A stretch of 64,000 bases of DNA from Planctomycetota bacterium (lineage in GTDB: Bacteria > Planctomycetota > GCA-002687715), in the NCBI GenBank assembly GCA_002683135.1, contig NYSS01000182.1:14005-78004 (forward strand), given 5' to 3'. Under the pieces are notes generated by a model. That model was not told the DNA's origin and made no database searches. It saw only the letters and a program-made list of their open reading frames with translations. A program made the translations under genes and the position numbers. This document shows, piece by piece, positions 27,440-36,720 of the stretch; within the stretch, counting starts at the first letter, position 1; every line of letters begins with the position of its first letter.

Positions 27440-27499
27440 TTTACTTGTATTATAAGCTAAGCCATAATCACGGTACTTGCTTTTCAATAGGATCGTATT

Positions 27500-28669
27500 A
27501 TGGCTTCTTCACTTATCCCTAAAGACGGTGGCGTTAACCCTATCAATGGACTTCCCATTAGACGCCATGTATGTGTTGTCTATGACAATGCTACGCTTGA
27601 AATCCTAGCTATCGCTGATACGCACAATAAGGCCGATGAAATTGCAACAGATCGGTTTAATCGCGGCATTGATGCCATTTCATCTGAAATTCGTTATCAC
27701 AATGATGATATTTCTCCTGCCATGCTGGTGGGCATGAAGATGAACGACTTCCAGTGTTTTGTTGACAACAATAACCACCCGCTAAATCCAAGCACTAAAA
27801 AAGTGGATGGCCTAACATTTGTCACTGATCTGGATTCAGTACAACTAGCTTATATCGAATCTGATGTCCAAAAGCTTACGGATATGGCTGTTATGGAACG
27901 TGGTAACGTGCTCGATATTGCCGTAATGAAAGACGATCAACTTATAGGTGCTTTTGCTTTTGATACTGATAACTATATGACGCATGTAGATATCAATATT
28001 GAACATGTTTACGTTAACCCCATCTACCATGACACATATATTATCAATCAAATGTCAGAGAAAGCGGTGGAGCATCTAGCTGCTAATTGCAATCTATTTC
28101 CAAGCAAAGTGAATGTTTCTGCAGATGAATTCATGGAAAATTCTGATGTAATACGTGAACAATTCATCAAAGACATCAAGGCATTCCATCCAATCACTCA
28201 AGTCAACAATGAGAGCAATAACGAAAGTGGCATCACCGTAGTTACTGATCTAGATTCAGTGCATGCGTATTACCTTGAGTCTGGTGAAGATACATTAGCA
28301 GACATGGCCACTGAAGAACGCAACTGTGGAACGGTGCTTGATATAGCCATTTTAAAAGACGGCGAATTTGCTGGTGGCTTCGCTTTTGAGCTGGATAACA
28401 ACGATGATCACACTGAGCTTGAGTTGACCTATGTGTATGTTAAAGCTGAACTAAGAGGCAAGGGTTTAGCTAGTCGCATGTCATGCGCTGCATGCGATGC
28501 TATTACAGAGACATTGTGTAATGAGCCAGAACACATCAAAGCTTTTGCTCATATCGAAAGTGATGGTGGCTGGGCTGTGTGCGACAAAGTGACACAACAG
28601 CTAAGCGAACGCTATCCAAATGCAACGGTGTCTTTGCATGATGAAAACACGATGAATATTGCACCGTAA
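27500..28669 (+). CDS. protein with internal tandem duplication; C-terminal copy GNAT-like
   Basis: FVTDLDSVQLAYIESD...LDIAVMKDDQLIGAFAFD is repeated as VVTDLDSVHAYYLESG...LDIAILKDGEFAGGFAFE. The second copy carries LRGKGLA (GNAT motif A). Confidence 0.5.
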   Translation: MASSLIPKDGGVNPINGLPIRRHVCVVYDNATLEILAIADTHNKADEIATDRFNRGIDAISSEIRYHNDDISPAMLVGMKMNDFQCFVDNNNHPLNPSTKKVDGLTFVTDLDSVQLAYIESDVQKLTDMAVMERGNVLDIAVMKDDQLIGAFAFDTDNYMTHVDINIEHVYVNPIYHDTYIINQMSEKAVEHLAANCNLFPSKVNVSADEFMENSDVIREQFIKDIKAFHPITQVNNESNNESGITVVTDLDSVHAYYLESGEDTLADMATEERNCGTVLDIAILKDGEFAGGFAFELDNNDDHTELELTYVYVKAELRGKGLASRMSCAACDAITETLCNEPEHIKAFAHIESDGGWAVCDKVTQQLSERYPNATVSLHDENTMNIAP

Positions 28670-28704
28670 TAACGATACATTTATCGAAAATATACAACAT
28701 AAAC

Positions 28705-28782
28705 CTTGCTTTTGTGCGCACACTTTTTTATTATAAATAACAGTTACGACGCACCTCGGTCTTTCAGGGGTAGGACAACCAC
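28705..28782 (+). promoter_or_regulatory. class-A promoter/operator + PK leader
   Basis: CTTGCT 28705-28710, GTGCGCAC 28714-28721. S2 ACCTC 28753-28757/GGGGT 28767-28771. Confidence 0.75.
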
Positions 28783-29028
28783 ATGAGCTTTGTACAAGAA
28801 ACCTTTAATCCCGCTAAATATCTCCCTGTAGTAATCTCTCGTGAAGGCATGGAAGTTCTTGAGAATGAACTAAAAGAAAACCGTAATGGCGACTCATTGT
28901 GGGTGGAAATCGGAGCGTGTGAAGAAAGCACATATGAAAATGTGTGTACCGTTCTAAAGGAACACTTTCAAGACGTATTCACTGAAGCACTCGAAGAAGA
29001 ATGTGAATTCATCGCTTTCAGTTGCTAA
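28783..29028 (+). CDS. acidic hypothetical protein (81 aa)
   Basis: Track ORF after an A-module. Confidence 0.7.
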   Translation: MSFVQETFNPAKYLPVVISREGMEVLENELKENRNGDSLWVEIGACEESTYENVCTVLKEHFQDVFTEALEEECEFIAFSC

Positions 29029-29054
29029 GACCCGTTAAACAAAATTTATCAAAT

Positions 29055-29090
29055 GACGCTCCTCGGTCTCTCAGGGGTAGGAAGTAAACC
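29055..29090 (+). promoter_or_regulatory. PK leader only (intercistronic)
   Basis: GAC 29055-29057; S2 TCCTC 29060-29064/GGGGT 29074-29078 (U/U at the closing position). 12 nt to the ATG. Confidence 0.65.
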
Positions 29091-29492
29091 ATGTCTAAAC
29101 GCGATGCACTCATTAAAACATTAATGTCATTACTTAATGAAACACACGATACCAGCCTTACCTTTGAACAAGTAGAAAACTGGGTAGGAAGCGACACGTC
29201 GGAATCTGGTATTCAAGATCACATTTATGATTTTAAATTCTCACCAGAGTCTGCGGTAACGCCTGATGATGTAATGGAATTGTGGGATGAGGCCAGCGAT
29301 GAAGTTCTCCAACGATATAACCATGCTTATGATTTAAATATTGAAATTATAAGCTCATGCTGCAATGCCAGTGATGTTACAGGTGCTGCTTTAAAACAAG
29401 CTTTTCAAAAGAAGTTAGACTCAATGACTGATGAAGAGTTTCTTAAAGAAGCCAATCGTTTCGACACTTTTGAAGTAGAAATAAACTCTTGA
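29091..29492 (+). CDS. acidic hypothetical protein (133 aa)
   Basis: Track ORF after a PK leader. Confidence 0.7.
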   Translation: MSKRDALIKTLMSLLNETHDTSLTFEQVENWVGSDTSESGIQDHIYDFKFSPESAVTPDDVMELWDEASDEVLQRYNHAYDLNIEIISSCCNASDVTGAALKQAFQKKLDSMTDEEFLKEANRFDTFEVEINS

Positions 29493-29539
29493 TTAATAAC
29501 TAAGGCAGAACCGTTATGTACTCTAACCATATTAGACAA

Positions 29540-29572
29540 GATGCGTTGGTCTACAGGGGCAGGATAACACCA
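29540..29572 (+). promoter_or_regulatory. degenerate PK leader
   Basis: GATGCGTTGGTCTACAGGGGCAGGA: S1 (GAU:GUC), S2b and AGGA are kept, S2a is eroded. 12 nt to ATG 29573. Confidence 0.4.
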
Positions 29573-29785
29573 ATGACAGATAGAAATTACATTCACATCA
29601 TGGCTTTCAGAACAGAGCTAGATGAAGACACACCAGACAAAGAGCCAACGCACATTGAGTCAATTTCCGAAGAAGGTGATTGGAGAAGGGATGTTCAAGC
29701 CATTATCAATGAAAACATGCCGAAGTACCACGCCGTCTTTTTAGAGGACGATTTAGGAACTGACCTTTCAGGCTTCACTTTTTAG
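29573..29785 (+). CDS. hypothetical protein (70 aa)
   Basis: Start moved from track 29516 to the ATG after the degenerate leader. Confidence 0.5.
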   Translation: MTDRNYIHIMAFRTELDEDTPDKEPTHIESISEEGDWRRDVQAIINENMPKYHAVFLEDDLGTDLSGFTF

Positions 29786-29795
29786 GAGAACAATT

Positions 29796-30449
29796 ATGTT
29801 AGTAGCAAAAAAAGCCCTCAAATCAATTACAGAAGCATTTCTAAAGTCGGTTAAGGATTACGGCATAGAAATTAATGATGAAGCCGGAAACGTGGCTGAT
29901 TCGCTAGAAGAAGTATTAGCAGAGCATGGTGTACTAGTAGAAGAGGAAGTGTCTTTCAATGATTTGAACAATACTCAACACGCCTCTTGGGTGAAAATTG
30001 CAGAGTCATATGTTCCAGATAGCGACAAAGCTTCGCTTAACATGGAAACCATTGCTGAACACCTATTCAATAAGCATGAGGGCAACCAAAGTGCTTTCCA
30101 TGGCACTAATCAACAATTAACCATGGTAGATTGGCGCACACCAGAAGGCTCACCGCTAGAATCACCCACGCACAACACAACCTATGACGTGATTGTTCAG
30201 CTAGGTAATCAAATCGGTATTGATTTTCTTACCGATAACGACCAACCTGTCATGGGAGTATTGATTGAAGTCAATCACGGTGTTCCGTGTCTCCATATTG
30301 ATATTGATGGTTCTGATACATTAATGCACATTCATAAAAGTAAAAAAAGTTTGGTATTCACGCCGGACAGTAAAGTTAATTATTTCGAACAACCAGACGA
30401 AGACGATCTGCTTTACCCTTCTCTCAATGCACAAAAGGTAAGAGCTTAA
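29796..30449 (+). CDS. hypothetical protein (217 aa)
   Basis: Track ORF with GGAG RBS. Confidence 0.6.
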   Translation: MLVAKKALKSITEAFLKSVKDYGIEINDEAGNVADSLEEVLAEHGVLVEEEVSFNDLNNTQHASWVKIAESYVPDSDKASLNMETIAEHLFNKHEGNQSAFHGTNQQLTMVDWRTPEGSPLESPTHNTTYDVIVQLGNQIGIDFLTDNDQPVMGVLIEVNHGVPCLHIDIDGSDTLMHIHKSKKSLVFTPDSKVNYFEQPDEDDLLYPSLNAQKVRA

Positions 30450-30498
30450 TAACCCAATAGGCGCTGACACTTTAATCTTGCAGAGCTTTATTTGTTAC

Positions 30499-30535
30499 CC
30501 ACCTTTAAGCATATATATAATATGCTTATAGGTGG
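30499..30535. repeat. 37-bp near-perfect palindrome overlapping a promoter-like TTGTTA-N18-TATAAT
   Basis: CCACCTTTAAGCATAT-atata-ATATGCTTATAGGTGG (one mismatch), at the 5' end of the dnaB remnant. Confidence 0.6.
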
Positions 30536-30916
30536 TGTCATTCAGACAGATTTTCTTCAAAAACCTAATAATATCCAAAAACTTAAAGTCCCCCCCCGCA
30601 CTCGATGGAAGCAGAGCAATGCGTTATTGGGAGCATGCTTAACGATCCAGATAGCTGGGATAAAGTCACAGAACTTGTAACAGACTCCGATTTTTACAAT
30701 CGCTCCCGCCAACTCATATTCAAAGAAATCATCAAGTTGCTTAGCGAAAGCAAACCCATTGATTTGATCACGGTGTCAGAGTCACTAGAGCAGAACAATC
30801 TCATTTATGAAGCGGGTGGATTTGCATATCTTGATGAATTAGCTAAAAGCACGCCTAATTTCAAGAGGACTACTAACCATGTCAAATCTACAGGTTTTAT
30901 CATTTCAGCAAGCTGA
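30522..30916 (+). pseudogene. dnaB: replicative helicase DnaB N-terminal-domain remnant (frameshifted and truncated)
   Basis: ...LKVPP|(C7 run 30591-30597)|PHSMEAEQCVIGSML...PIDLITVSESLE...GGFAYLDELAKSTPN matches the DnaB N-terminus (E. coli LKVPPHSIEAEQSVLG...). Similarity ends near 30859 and there is no ATPase domain. Confidence 0.65.
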
Positions 30917-31071
30917 CAAGTTTTTTCTCTGCAAGCGAAAAATCGAAAAAGAAAACAACTTTGTGGGCAACAAAACGATCAAGGAAAAGATCACCATTAT
31001 AATGTCTCATGGTGAACATTTTGATGCCCTGCGTTATAGTGTTAATCAATTATTAATGTAGGCAACTTCCA

Positions 31072-31455
31072 ATGAAAAAAGCTATCCCTCTACACGATGC
31101 GCACTTGATTGCATTGAAAAAAAATTGTCTATCATTGAAATTTTCTGTCCATAAAAGAAATTCATACATTAAAGGTAGGGCAATAACACTTGAAGAGGCG
31201 CTTAGTTGCGTCATTTTTCAGAACAAGTGGGCTTCGTCTCATGACGTTTTGAGAGGAAGCACAAAAGAAGTTATCAATGCTTCAGTTTCAATAGTATCAC
31301 TCATTGATCTAAATGATTCAGGCCAATTTGTTGAAGTTGATATTAGCACCCCATCAGATACTTCGAGACAGCAATTCATCGTCACACAAAGTGATACGCA
31401 CTGGGTATTTCAGGATTTGTCGTTACTTTCATGCACTCCTTGCCAGGAAATATGA
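31072..31455 (+). CDS. hypothetical protein (127 aa)
   Basis: Track ORF. Confidence 0.45.
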   Translation: MKKAIPLHDAHLIALKKNCLSLKFSVHKRNSYIKGRAITLEEALSCVIFQNKWASSHDVLRGSTKEVINASVSIVSLIDLNDSGQFVEVDISTPSDTSRQQFIVTQSDTHWVFQDLSLLSCTPCQEI

Positions 31456-31568
31456 AAAGACATCAATATATATTGCATGCTCTTTGAATTTTTGGTGAGT
31501 TGATAGCCGGTTTATCGACTCAGTAGGTGGGTCTCAAAGGCGTATTTTAATAAAAACTTTAAAAAAAC

Positions 31569-31645
31569 TTGATTTCTGTGCGCACATATTATAGTATATT
31601 CATCAGTTACGACGCACCCCGGTCAATCAGGGGTAGGAGATTATT
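31569..31645 (+). promoter_or_regulatory. class-A promoter/operator + PK leader
   Basis: TTGATT 31569-31574, GTGCGCAC 31578-31585, TAGTAT 31592-31597. S2 ACCCC 31616-31620/GGGGT 31630-31634 (U-to-C turns the wobble into a Watson-Crick pair). Confidence 0.8.
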
Positions 31646-31819
31646 ATGGATTATCAAGAAAAATTGTTAGCTGGCAAAGCTCACGTAGAACTCACCCCAT
31701 TTCAACGTGATAAAGACGCTTTACCCGTCATTGAATTGAAAATTGATGGCGTATATTTTGGTGAATTTCCCACCTATACAGCAGCGTCAAATCATCTCAT
31801 TGGACTCATTGAAGAATAA
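31646..31819 (+). CDS. small hypothetical protein (57 aa), absent from ORF track
   Basis: ATG 11 nt after the PK; open to TAA 31817-31819. Confidence 0.6.
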   Translation: MDYQEKLLAGKAHVELTPFQRDKDALPVIELKIDGVYFGEFPTYTAASNHLIGLIEE

Positions 31820-31829
31820 GGTTATTATC

Positions 31830-31967
31830 ATGCTGCTAGATAGAGAAAGAAAAGAAAAAGAATTTCTCATTGCGTGCGGAATGGACTTGTCACATGGTTT
31901 TTTTTCAGAAGATGTCACGTTCTGGAAAGTCAAAGAGCCGGAATTATATAGCTATTACTTCGGATGA
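31830..31967 (+). CDS. small hypothetical protein (45 aa)
   Basis: Internal ATG of track ORF 31743..31967, 10 nt after the previous stop, with AAGG upstream. Confidence 0.35.
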   Translation: MLLDRERKEKEFLIACGMDLSHGFFSEDVTFWKVKEPELYSYYFG

Positions 31968-32055
31968 ATATAATGATTAGAAAAATGAATATTTTTTTCC
32001 AACTGCCATTTTCATAGTTGCTGCGGCTGTTTATTTCATACCACTCATTGATGCA

Positions 32056-32340
32056 ATGATGATAACCTTTTTACTTATGTTATTTTTCATCGGTGGTATA
32101 TTTGCATTTGGTAGTCATACAGCCAAAGTAAAGGAAAAATACAATCCGCTTTTTAGAATTGGCGTTTCATCCATCGGATTTTTTTCATTGTCCTATGGGG
32201 TATTTTGTTATGCGGAGTTTTATCAAGGTTTTGTATATCCGTTTGGTTTTATCCCTTTCATGATATCGGTTTTCGCGGCTTGTCTTTTAACAGCGTTGGG
32301 AATAACTTTCTATTTCTATGAACCGGAAAGCCAAAAATAA
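32056..32340 (+). CDS. small membrane protein (possibly 5'-truncated by T7 frameshift)
   Basis: Hydrophobic 94 aa. The upstream in-frame stretch 31981-32055 encodes a further TM-like segment (PTAIFIVAAAVYFIPLI) but is reachable from ATG 31985 only with one extra T in run 31992-31998. Confidence 0.5.
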   Translation: MMITFLLMLFFIGGIFAFGSHTAKVKEKYNPLFRIGVSSIGFFSLSYGVFCYAEFYQGFVYPFGFIPFMISVFAACLLTALGITFYFYEPESQK

Positions 32341-32441
32341 AAAAGAAAATCATATAAAAGGCCACATCTTTTCTTAAAAACCTAAAAGAACACAGGAATA
32401 GGGATTAACGGAGAAATACACTCGGAATTTGAGAAAAATAC

Positions 32442-32520
32442 TTGATATCTGTGCGCACATAATTTAATATAAACACATCAACGACGCACCTCGGTCTAGT
32501 TCAGGGGTAGGAAAATAACC
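32442..32520 (+). promoter_or_regulatory. class-A promoter/operator + PK leader
   Basis: TTGATA 32442-32447, GTGCGCAC 32451-32458, TAATAT 32465-32470. S2 ACCTC 32488-32492/GGGGT 32504-32508. Confidence 0.8.
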
Positions 32521-34146
32521 ATGCAACTTTCAATTAATGCTCAAAAAACCATTCAAAACTTTTCTTCAGTAATGACCGATTCATCAAAGGTTATATCTGA
32601 ACTAATTCAGAACAGCCGACGAGCCGGTGCAACACGCATTGACATCAATTTCGATATGGATAGTAACACCCTTCAAATCCAAGATAATGGCACAGGTGTT
32701 TCGAAATTCGAAAATTTAATTACCTTGTCAGATAGCGGGTGGAGTGATGCTACGCGTTCCATTGAAAACCCTTTTGGGATGGGGTTCTTTTCTACCTTGT
32801 TTGCCGCCAAGCAAGTTGTCATTGAAAGTAGTGGGAAATCCTTGATTATCGATACGGCTACTGCACTTAACTTTGAAGATATTGGTCAGCCAACAGATTC
32901 AGCCAGTTGCCCTAATGAAGGTACGCGCATTACGCTAATTGACTTTAATAAAGATGGTTCAGACTACTCAATTCAAGATAAAGTCAGTGACTTGGCTTTA
33001 TTCTCAAGTGTAGACATTTATTTCAATGGAGAGCTTCAGGAAAATAAATTAGCACTTCATTTATTGGAAAAAGAGTACGAAACTATTGAAACTCCTTATG
33101 GTACGCTTGTTTGTAAACATAAATTTTCAAATAAAATTGCCATTGTTTGCCAGGAATTGCGTGTTGGTAAACACAAGAGCTTTTCAAACTATCTATTTCT
33201 TAACAACAGTGTCCAATTACGTATGCCAGATAGGGATGCTATTATCAATGCTGAAATGTTCGAGAAAGAGGTCGATAAATGGCTAGACGCTTACTGGGCG
33301 AATAAACTTGAAGAATTACGTAACGACCTACAAGATGATATCGCATTTGTCGAAAAACATTTCCGAGCAATTATTCGTTACAGCAAAACATTACTTAATG
33401 ACATCGATTACCTTCCCAGTGTAGCGTTTTCATCTACCCCTGTTCTTTCTTGCCGCGATATGATTTCAGACTCGCCTTATGAAGTTTTAAAAAGAGAGGA
33501 AGTGGCAGATAAGATTATTTATAGCGATTATGATATGTGGAACAAAGGCATACTTGCCCATCATTTCTTTCATTTTTCTAATGCGCTTATGTTAAATACG
33601 CAGCTTGACCCGAATCACTGGATTTATGAAAGCATTATTCTTGACGATGAATGCAACAATGATGATTTTGAAGTTTCAACTGAAAGTGGTAATTTACTTG
33701 ATTATTCGCTTCAATATTCTGAATTCGGTGTTGCGTTAGTTTACGACAGCGATATTACGATCAAGCATATTCCATCAGGCAAAGTTGTAAACATTGATAA
33801 CAGTAATTCGTTTGCACTGTGGGATCATTGTCTTGAGTCTGATATCTCAATTCGTTGTGGCGAAGATGAATTAACGCCTACCCTAGTCATTGGTAAAACT
33901 GCGCACGTCGAAAGTGAATTACTACTGCAATTATCAAGATATCAATCTGAATTTGATGAGGACTTAGATGCAGAACTTCACACTGATACCAGAGCATTGA
34001 GCCAACAAGTAAATGCATTTATAAAGGACGATCCTCTTCAGGTGCTTTCAGATATGATTGGACAGCTACCGCCTGTTTTACAGACTAAACTGGCCGGGCA
34101 AACGCTGACTGCAAAGATTGAAAACGGCAAACTGTCTTTCGCATAA
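32521..34146 (+). CDS. GHKL (Hsp90/MutL/histidine-kinase-like) ATPase-domain protein, 541 aa
   Basis: Bergerat-fold motifs: N-box ELIQNSRRAGA, G1 DNGTGV, G2 NPFGMGFFS. Confidence 0.7.
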   Translation: MQLSINAQKTIQNFSSVMTDSSKVISELIQNSRRAGATRIDINFDMDSNTLQIQDNGTGVSKFENLITLSDSGWSDATRSIENPFGMGFFSTLFAAKQVVIESSGKSLIIDTATALNFEDIGQPTDSASCPNEGTRITLIDFNKDGSDYSIQDKVSDLALFSSVDIYFNGELQENKLALHLLEKEYETIETPYGTLVCKHKFSNKIAIVCQELRVGKHKSFSNYLFLNNSVQLRMPDRDAIINAEMFEKEVDKWLDAYWANKLEELRNDLQDDIAFVEKHFRAIIRYSKTLLNDIDYLPSVAFSSTPVLSCRDMISDSPYEVLKREEVADKIIYSDYDMWNKGILAHHFFHFSNALMLNTQLDPNHWIYESIILDDECNNDDFEVSTESGNLLDYSLQYSEFGVALVYDSDITIKHIPSGKVVNIDNSNSFALWDHCLESDISIRCGEDELTPTLVIGKTAHVESELLLQLSRYQSEFDEDLDAELHTDTRALSQQVNAFIKDDPLQVLSDMIGQLPPVLQTKLAGQTLTAKIENGKLSFA

Positions 34147-34361
34147 ACCAACACGGGGTATACTGTAGCGCAGTTGCCCCTTAACTTTTTACGTTGTTAT
34201 GAACGATTACTTAAGCTTACTTTTTGTGATGTTAGGACTTCTTTATATCAATGAGCGCCTACACAAAAACAAACATAAGAAGAAAACGCAACGTCTCTTA
34301 CTAATGGGTAGCATCATTTTTGCCGGTGCTGCCTGGATATTAATTCTAAGCTAGGTGCAGC

Positions 34362-34556
34362 ATGGAACACACTCGCGAATACATCGAAGCGCAACGAAGA
34401 GAAATCTGGCCTGAATTGTATGATCAAGATTTTCCGCATGCTTATGAGGTCATCCATCAAGTTTTATCTCGTGGCACAGGCTCACAGAGAGCGAGCAAGC
34501 GAACACCAAAGCGCGAGGGTAACGCTGACCTTGGAATAAACACGCAAAGAAAATAG
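34362..34556 (+). CDS. hypothetical protein (64 aa)
   Basis: Track ORF only. Confidence 0.3.
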   Translation: MEHTREYIEAQRREIWPELYDQDFPHAYEVIHQVLSRGTGSQRASKRTPKREGNADLGINTQRK

Positions 34557-34788
34557 TTTAAATCCTTCCTGACATCTTTAGGATTTACCTGGTTTCCTGC
34601 GCTTAAGGTTGGAAAAACCACCCGCGTTAGATTAAATGATGCTGATCTACCAAGTGGCCTTTTGGTCGTAGCACTTAAAGGTCACTAAACAGCAGTGAAG
34701 AATGGGCAACTCCAAGACGTTTTCGATTGCAGTTGTCATGGTAAGCGTGTGTTTCTTGGTTACTGGAAAAAACAAGCAGCAACGAAAC

Positions 34789-34808
34789 CAGTGTTTTTAA
34801 AAACACTG
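34789..34808. repeat. perfect 20-bp palindrome CAGTGTTTTTAAAAACACTG
   Basis: Read directly; lies in the ORF-poor stretch 34557-34834. Confidence 0.8.
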
Positions 34809-34834
34809 ATGCAACAATAAGAGGTTGATAAATA

Positions 34835-35278
34835 GTGATCAGAATTAGCAGCGAATATACGAGTGAGTTTCATTTTATTCACGACTCAAGCATGAACGTT
34901 GGTGATAGACCACCAGAATGTATAGAACCCTTTATTTGCCCACAAGAGGCCATGAACACGCTAATTTCTAGTGGAACTAAACATCAAGCCACTTTTGATT
35001 TGGTCGGCAGGTTCACAGCTCAACTAGATACTGTTAGCGATGTCGAAAAAATAGGTAACATGAATACCATGTTCATTGTCGGTGTTAGTAGGGAAGGCCG
35101 TTCCCCTAAAGAATCAAAGGTATTCAAAATCTTTTCCGATGTTAATAAAGCCTTTGCTTGTCGAGATGAGCAAAATGAAGATTATCACACATTTGAGGTT
35201 TTCTCGTTTGATTGCGAAATAACTAACAAATTCCAAAACATGGAAGAGGTCTCAAAAGTTTGGGAGCTGTATCAATAA
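34835..35278 (+). CDS. hypothetical protein (147 aa, GTG start)
   Basis: Track ORF with GAGG RBS. Confidence 0.5.
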   Translation: MIRISSEYTSEFHFIHDSSMNVGDRPPECIEPFICPQEAMNTLISSGTKHQATFDLVGRFTAQLDTVSDVEKIGNMNTMFIVGVSREGRSPKESKVFKIFSDVNKAFACRDEQNEDYHTFEVFSFDCEITNKFQNMEEVSKVWELYQ

Positions 35279-35892
35279 TGTTAGAGGCTAAACAAATGCA
35301 AAACTTTGATCCAATTAAAGAACTAAACAACGCACTACCAACTTGGGTGGTTGAAGATTACGAGCGTGCCAAGCCATTTAAAATGACCCTGATGTCCCTA
35401 TGCCAATCAAGACCAAATGAAAACGTAAGCGCCGCTGTTTTACTTATTTTAATTTTAATATCATCCATTTTTTTCAGTGAGATTAAGGCTTTCTGGACTA
35501 GCACCTTTACTAATGAGTCAATCTCACCCATTGAAGGTTTGGCGATGTTACTATTTAGCTCGTTTTCTTTGTTATTTATCTTTGATTGCTGGGTAAATAT
35601 AAGTTACATGATGAAGCAGCCTAAATTGGAAGAATTTATCAAAGAACACAAAATCAATGTGTATAGCAAAGGCGTAAAGTTAGCGATTAAAAATATAGAT
35701 CTATCCAAATACCTTGCGCTTAAAGAAAAGAAAGAGGCAGAACTAACGAAAGCCGATTGGCTAACGCTTTCAGCAATGTATGGGCGGGGTGAAATAGTAC
35801 ATTTTGATTACAGCAAATATCTACTCTGTTGTGAAAATTCGAAAGCATTAAAGGATGAAGGTTCGTTTTGTCATTGCGATAATCAAGTTTAG
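35278..35892 (+). CDS. membrane protein (about 204 aa)
   Basis: ATG overlaps the previous stop (TAATG); two hydrophobic segments. Confidence 0.5.
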   Translation: MLEAKQMQNFDPIKELNNALPTWVVEDYERAKPFKMTLMSLCQSRPNENVSAAVLLILILISSIFFSEIKAFWTSTFTNESISPIEGLAMLLFSSFSLLFIFDCWVNISYMMKQPKLEEFIKEHKINVYSKGVKLAIKNIDLSKYLALKEKKEAELTKADWLTLSAMYGRGEIVHFDYSKYLLCCENSKALKDEGSFCHCDNQV

Positions 35893-35961
35893 CTTACAAC
35901 TATTGTTTTGTTTGATAAGTTTTGCACAAAGAATATACTATAAGCATTATCATTTCTTCAG

Positions 35962-36657
35962 GTGCACTCGATGACTAATAACCTTAAGCTTTCACATAGT
36001 GAATTTAAAAAACTAACTCAAACGTTAATAGCCATTCATAAACAGGCGCTCAATGAAGAGGATACTTTGCTTATTAAAAAAGCTGAATCATTAGGGTACG
36101 TGGCTAATAACGAATATACAAAAGCCGGGTACAATGCATTAATCTTTAGCAACCAAATGAAGCAGCCATCCGCAACGTTTGTTACACAAGACGGTTATAC
36201 CCTTACGCGAAAAAACGAATCACCAGCCTGTTGGACAGATGACGATCTAACATTCGTCGTAGACGAAGATACGGGCTTACCTATGGGTCATGATGAAGAG
36301 CCACTTGAAGGGAAACTAACGCTTAATCTTCCTTTCGTACTCAATGTAGATAACGAAAAGCTCAATATGCAATTCATCATTACAAAAATCGTAGACTGGC
36401 ATGAGCATCACTTTCCTACCTGGGATCTGGTGGTTGATGAAAGTACGGAAGAAAAACTAAACAAATACACTGACAAAGTGTTTTTAACGGAGTTGATTGC
36501 TTGTTTCAGTGCACCTGACTACGGTTTGACTGCAGACATAGAGCTAGGGAAAGACCATATTAATTACCAGGCGAATTACACCATTACAACTGTAGATCCC
36601 GCTTTAAATGATCTTCTCAACATTGCCCCTGAACAGGGACTCACTATGACAATGTAA
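35962..36657 (+). CDS. hypothetical protein (231 aa)
   Basis: Track ORF with a GTG start; ATG 35971 is an alternative. Confidence 0.5.
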   Translation: MHSMTNNLKLSHSEFKKLTQTLIAIHKQALNEEDTLLIKKAESLGYVANNEYTKAGYNALIFSNQMKQPSATFVTQDGYTLTRKNESPACWTDDDLTFVVDEDTGLPMGHDEEPLEGKLTLNLPFVLNVDNEKLNMQFIITKIVDWHEHHFPTWDLVVDESTEEKLNKYTDKVFLTELIACFSAPDYGLTADIELGKDHINYQANYTITTVDPALNDLLNIAPEQGLTMTM

Positions 36658-36675
36658 TGCGCCATGAGGTGTCAT

Positions 36676-36712
36676 AAAAAGCATGCTGCAGGCGATGTAG
36701 CATGCTTTTTTT
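36676..36712. terminator. bidirectional rho-independent terminator
   Basis: AAAAAGCATGCT-loop-AGCATGCTTTTTT between convergent genes. Confidence 0.75.
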
Positions 36713-36720
36713 GTTATATA

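Noticed and set aside
30879-31061. 60-aa ORF immediately after the dnaB remnant, and ORFs 30492..30680 and 31313..31498.
   Set aside because: 30492..30680 is the pre-frameshift frame of the dnaB remnant. The others have no RBS or family support. They are left unannotated.
34557-34834. Possible gene fragments (...ALKVGKTTRVRLNDADLPSGLLVVALKGH) and a 47-aa membrane ORF at 34199..34342.
   Set aside because: They have no start codon or RBS support and no recognisable family. They may be remnants, but I cannot support a call.
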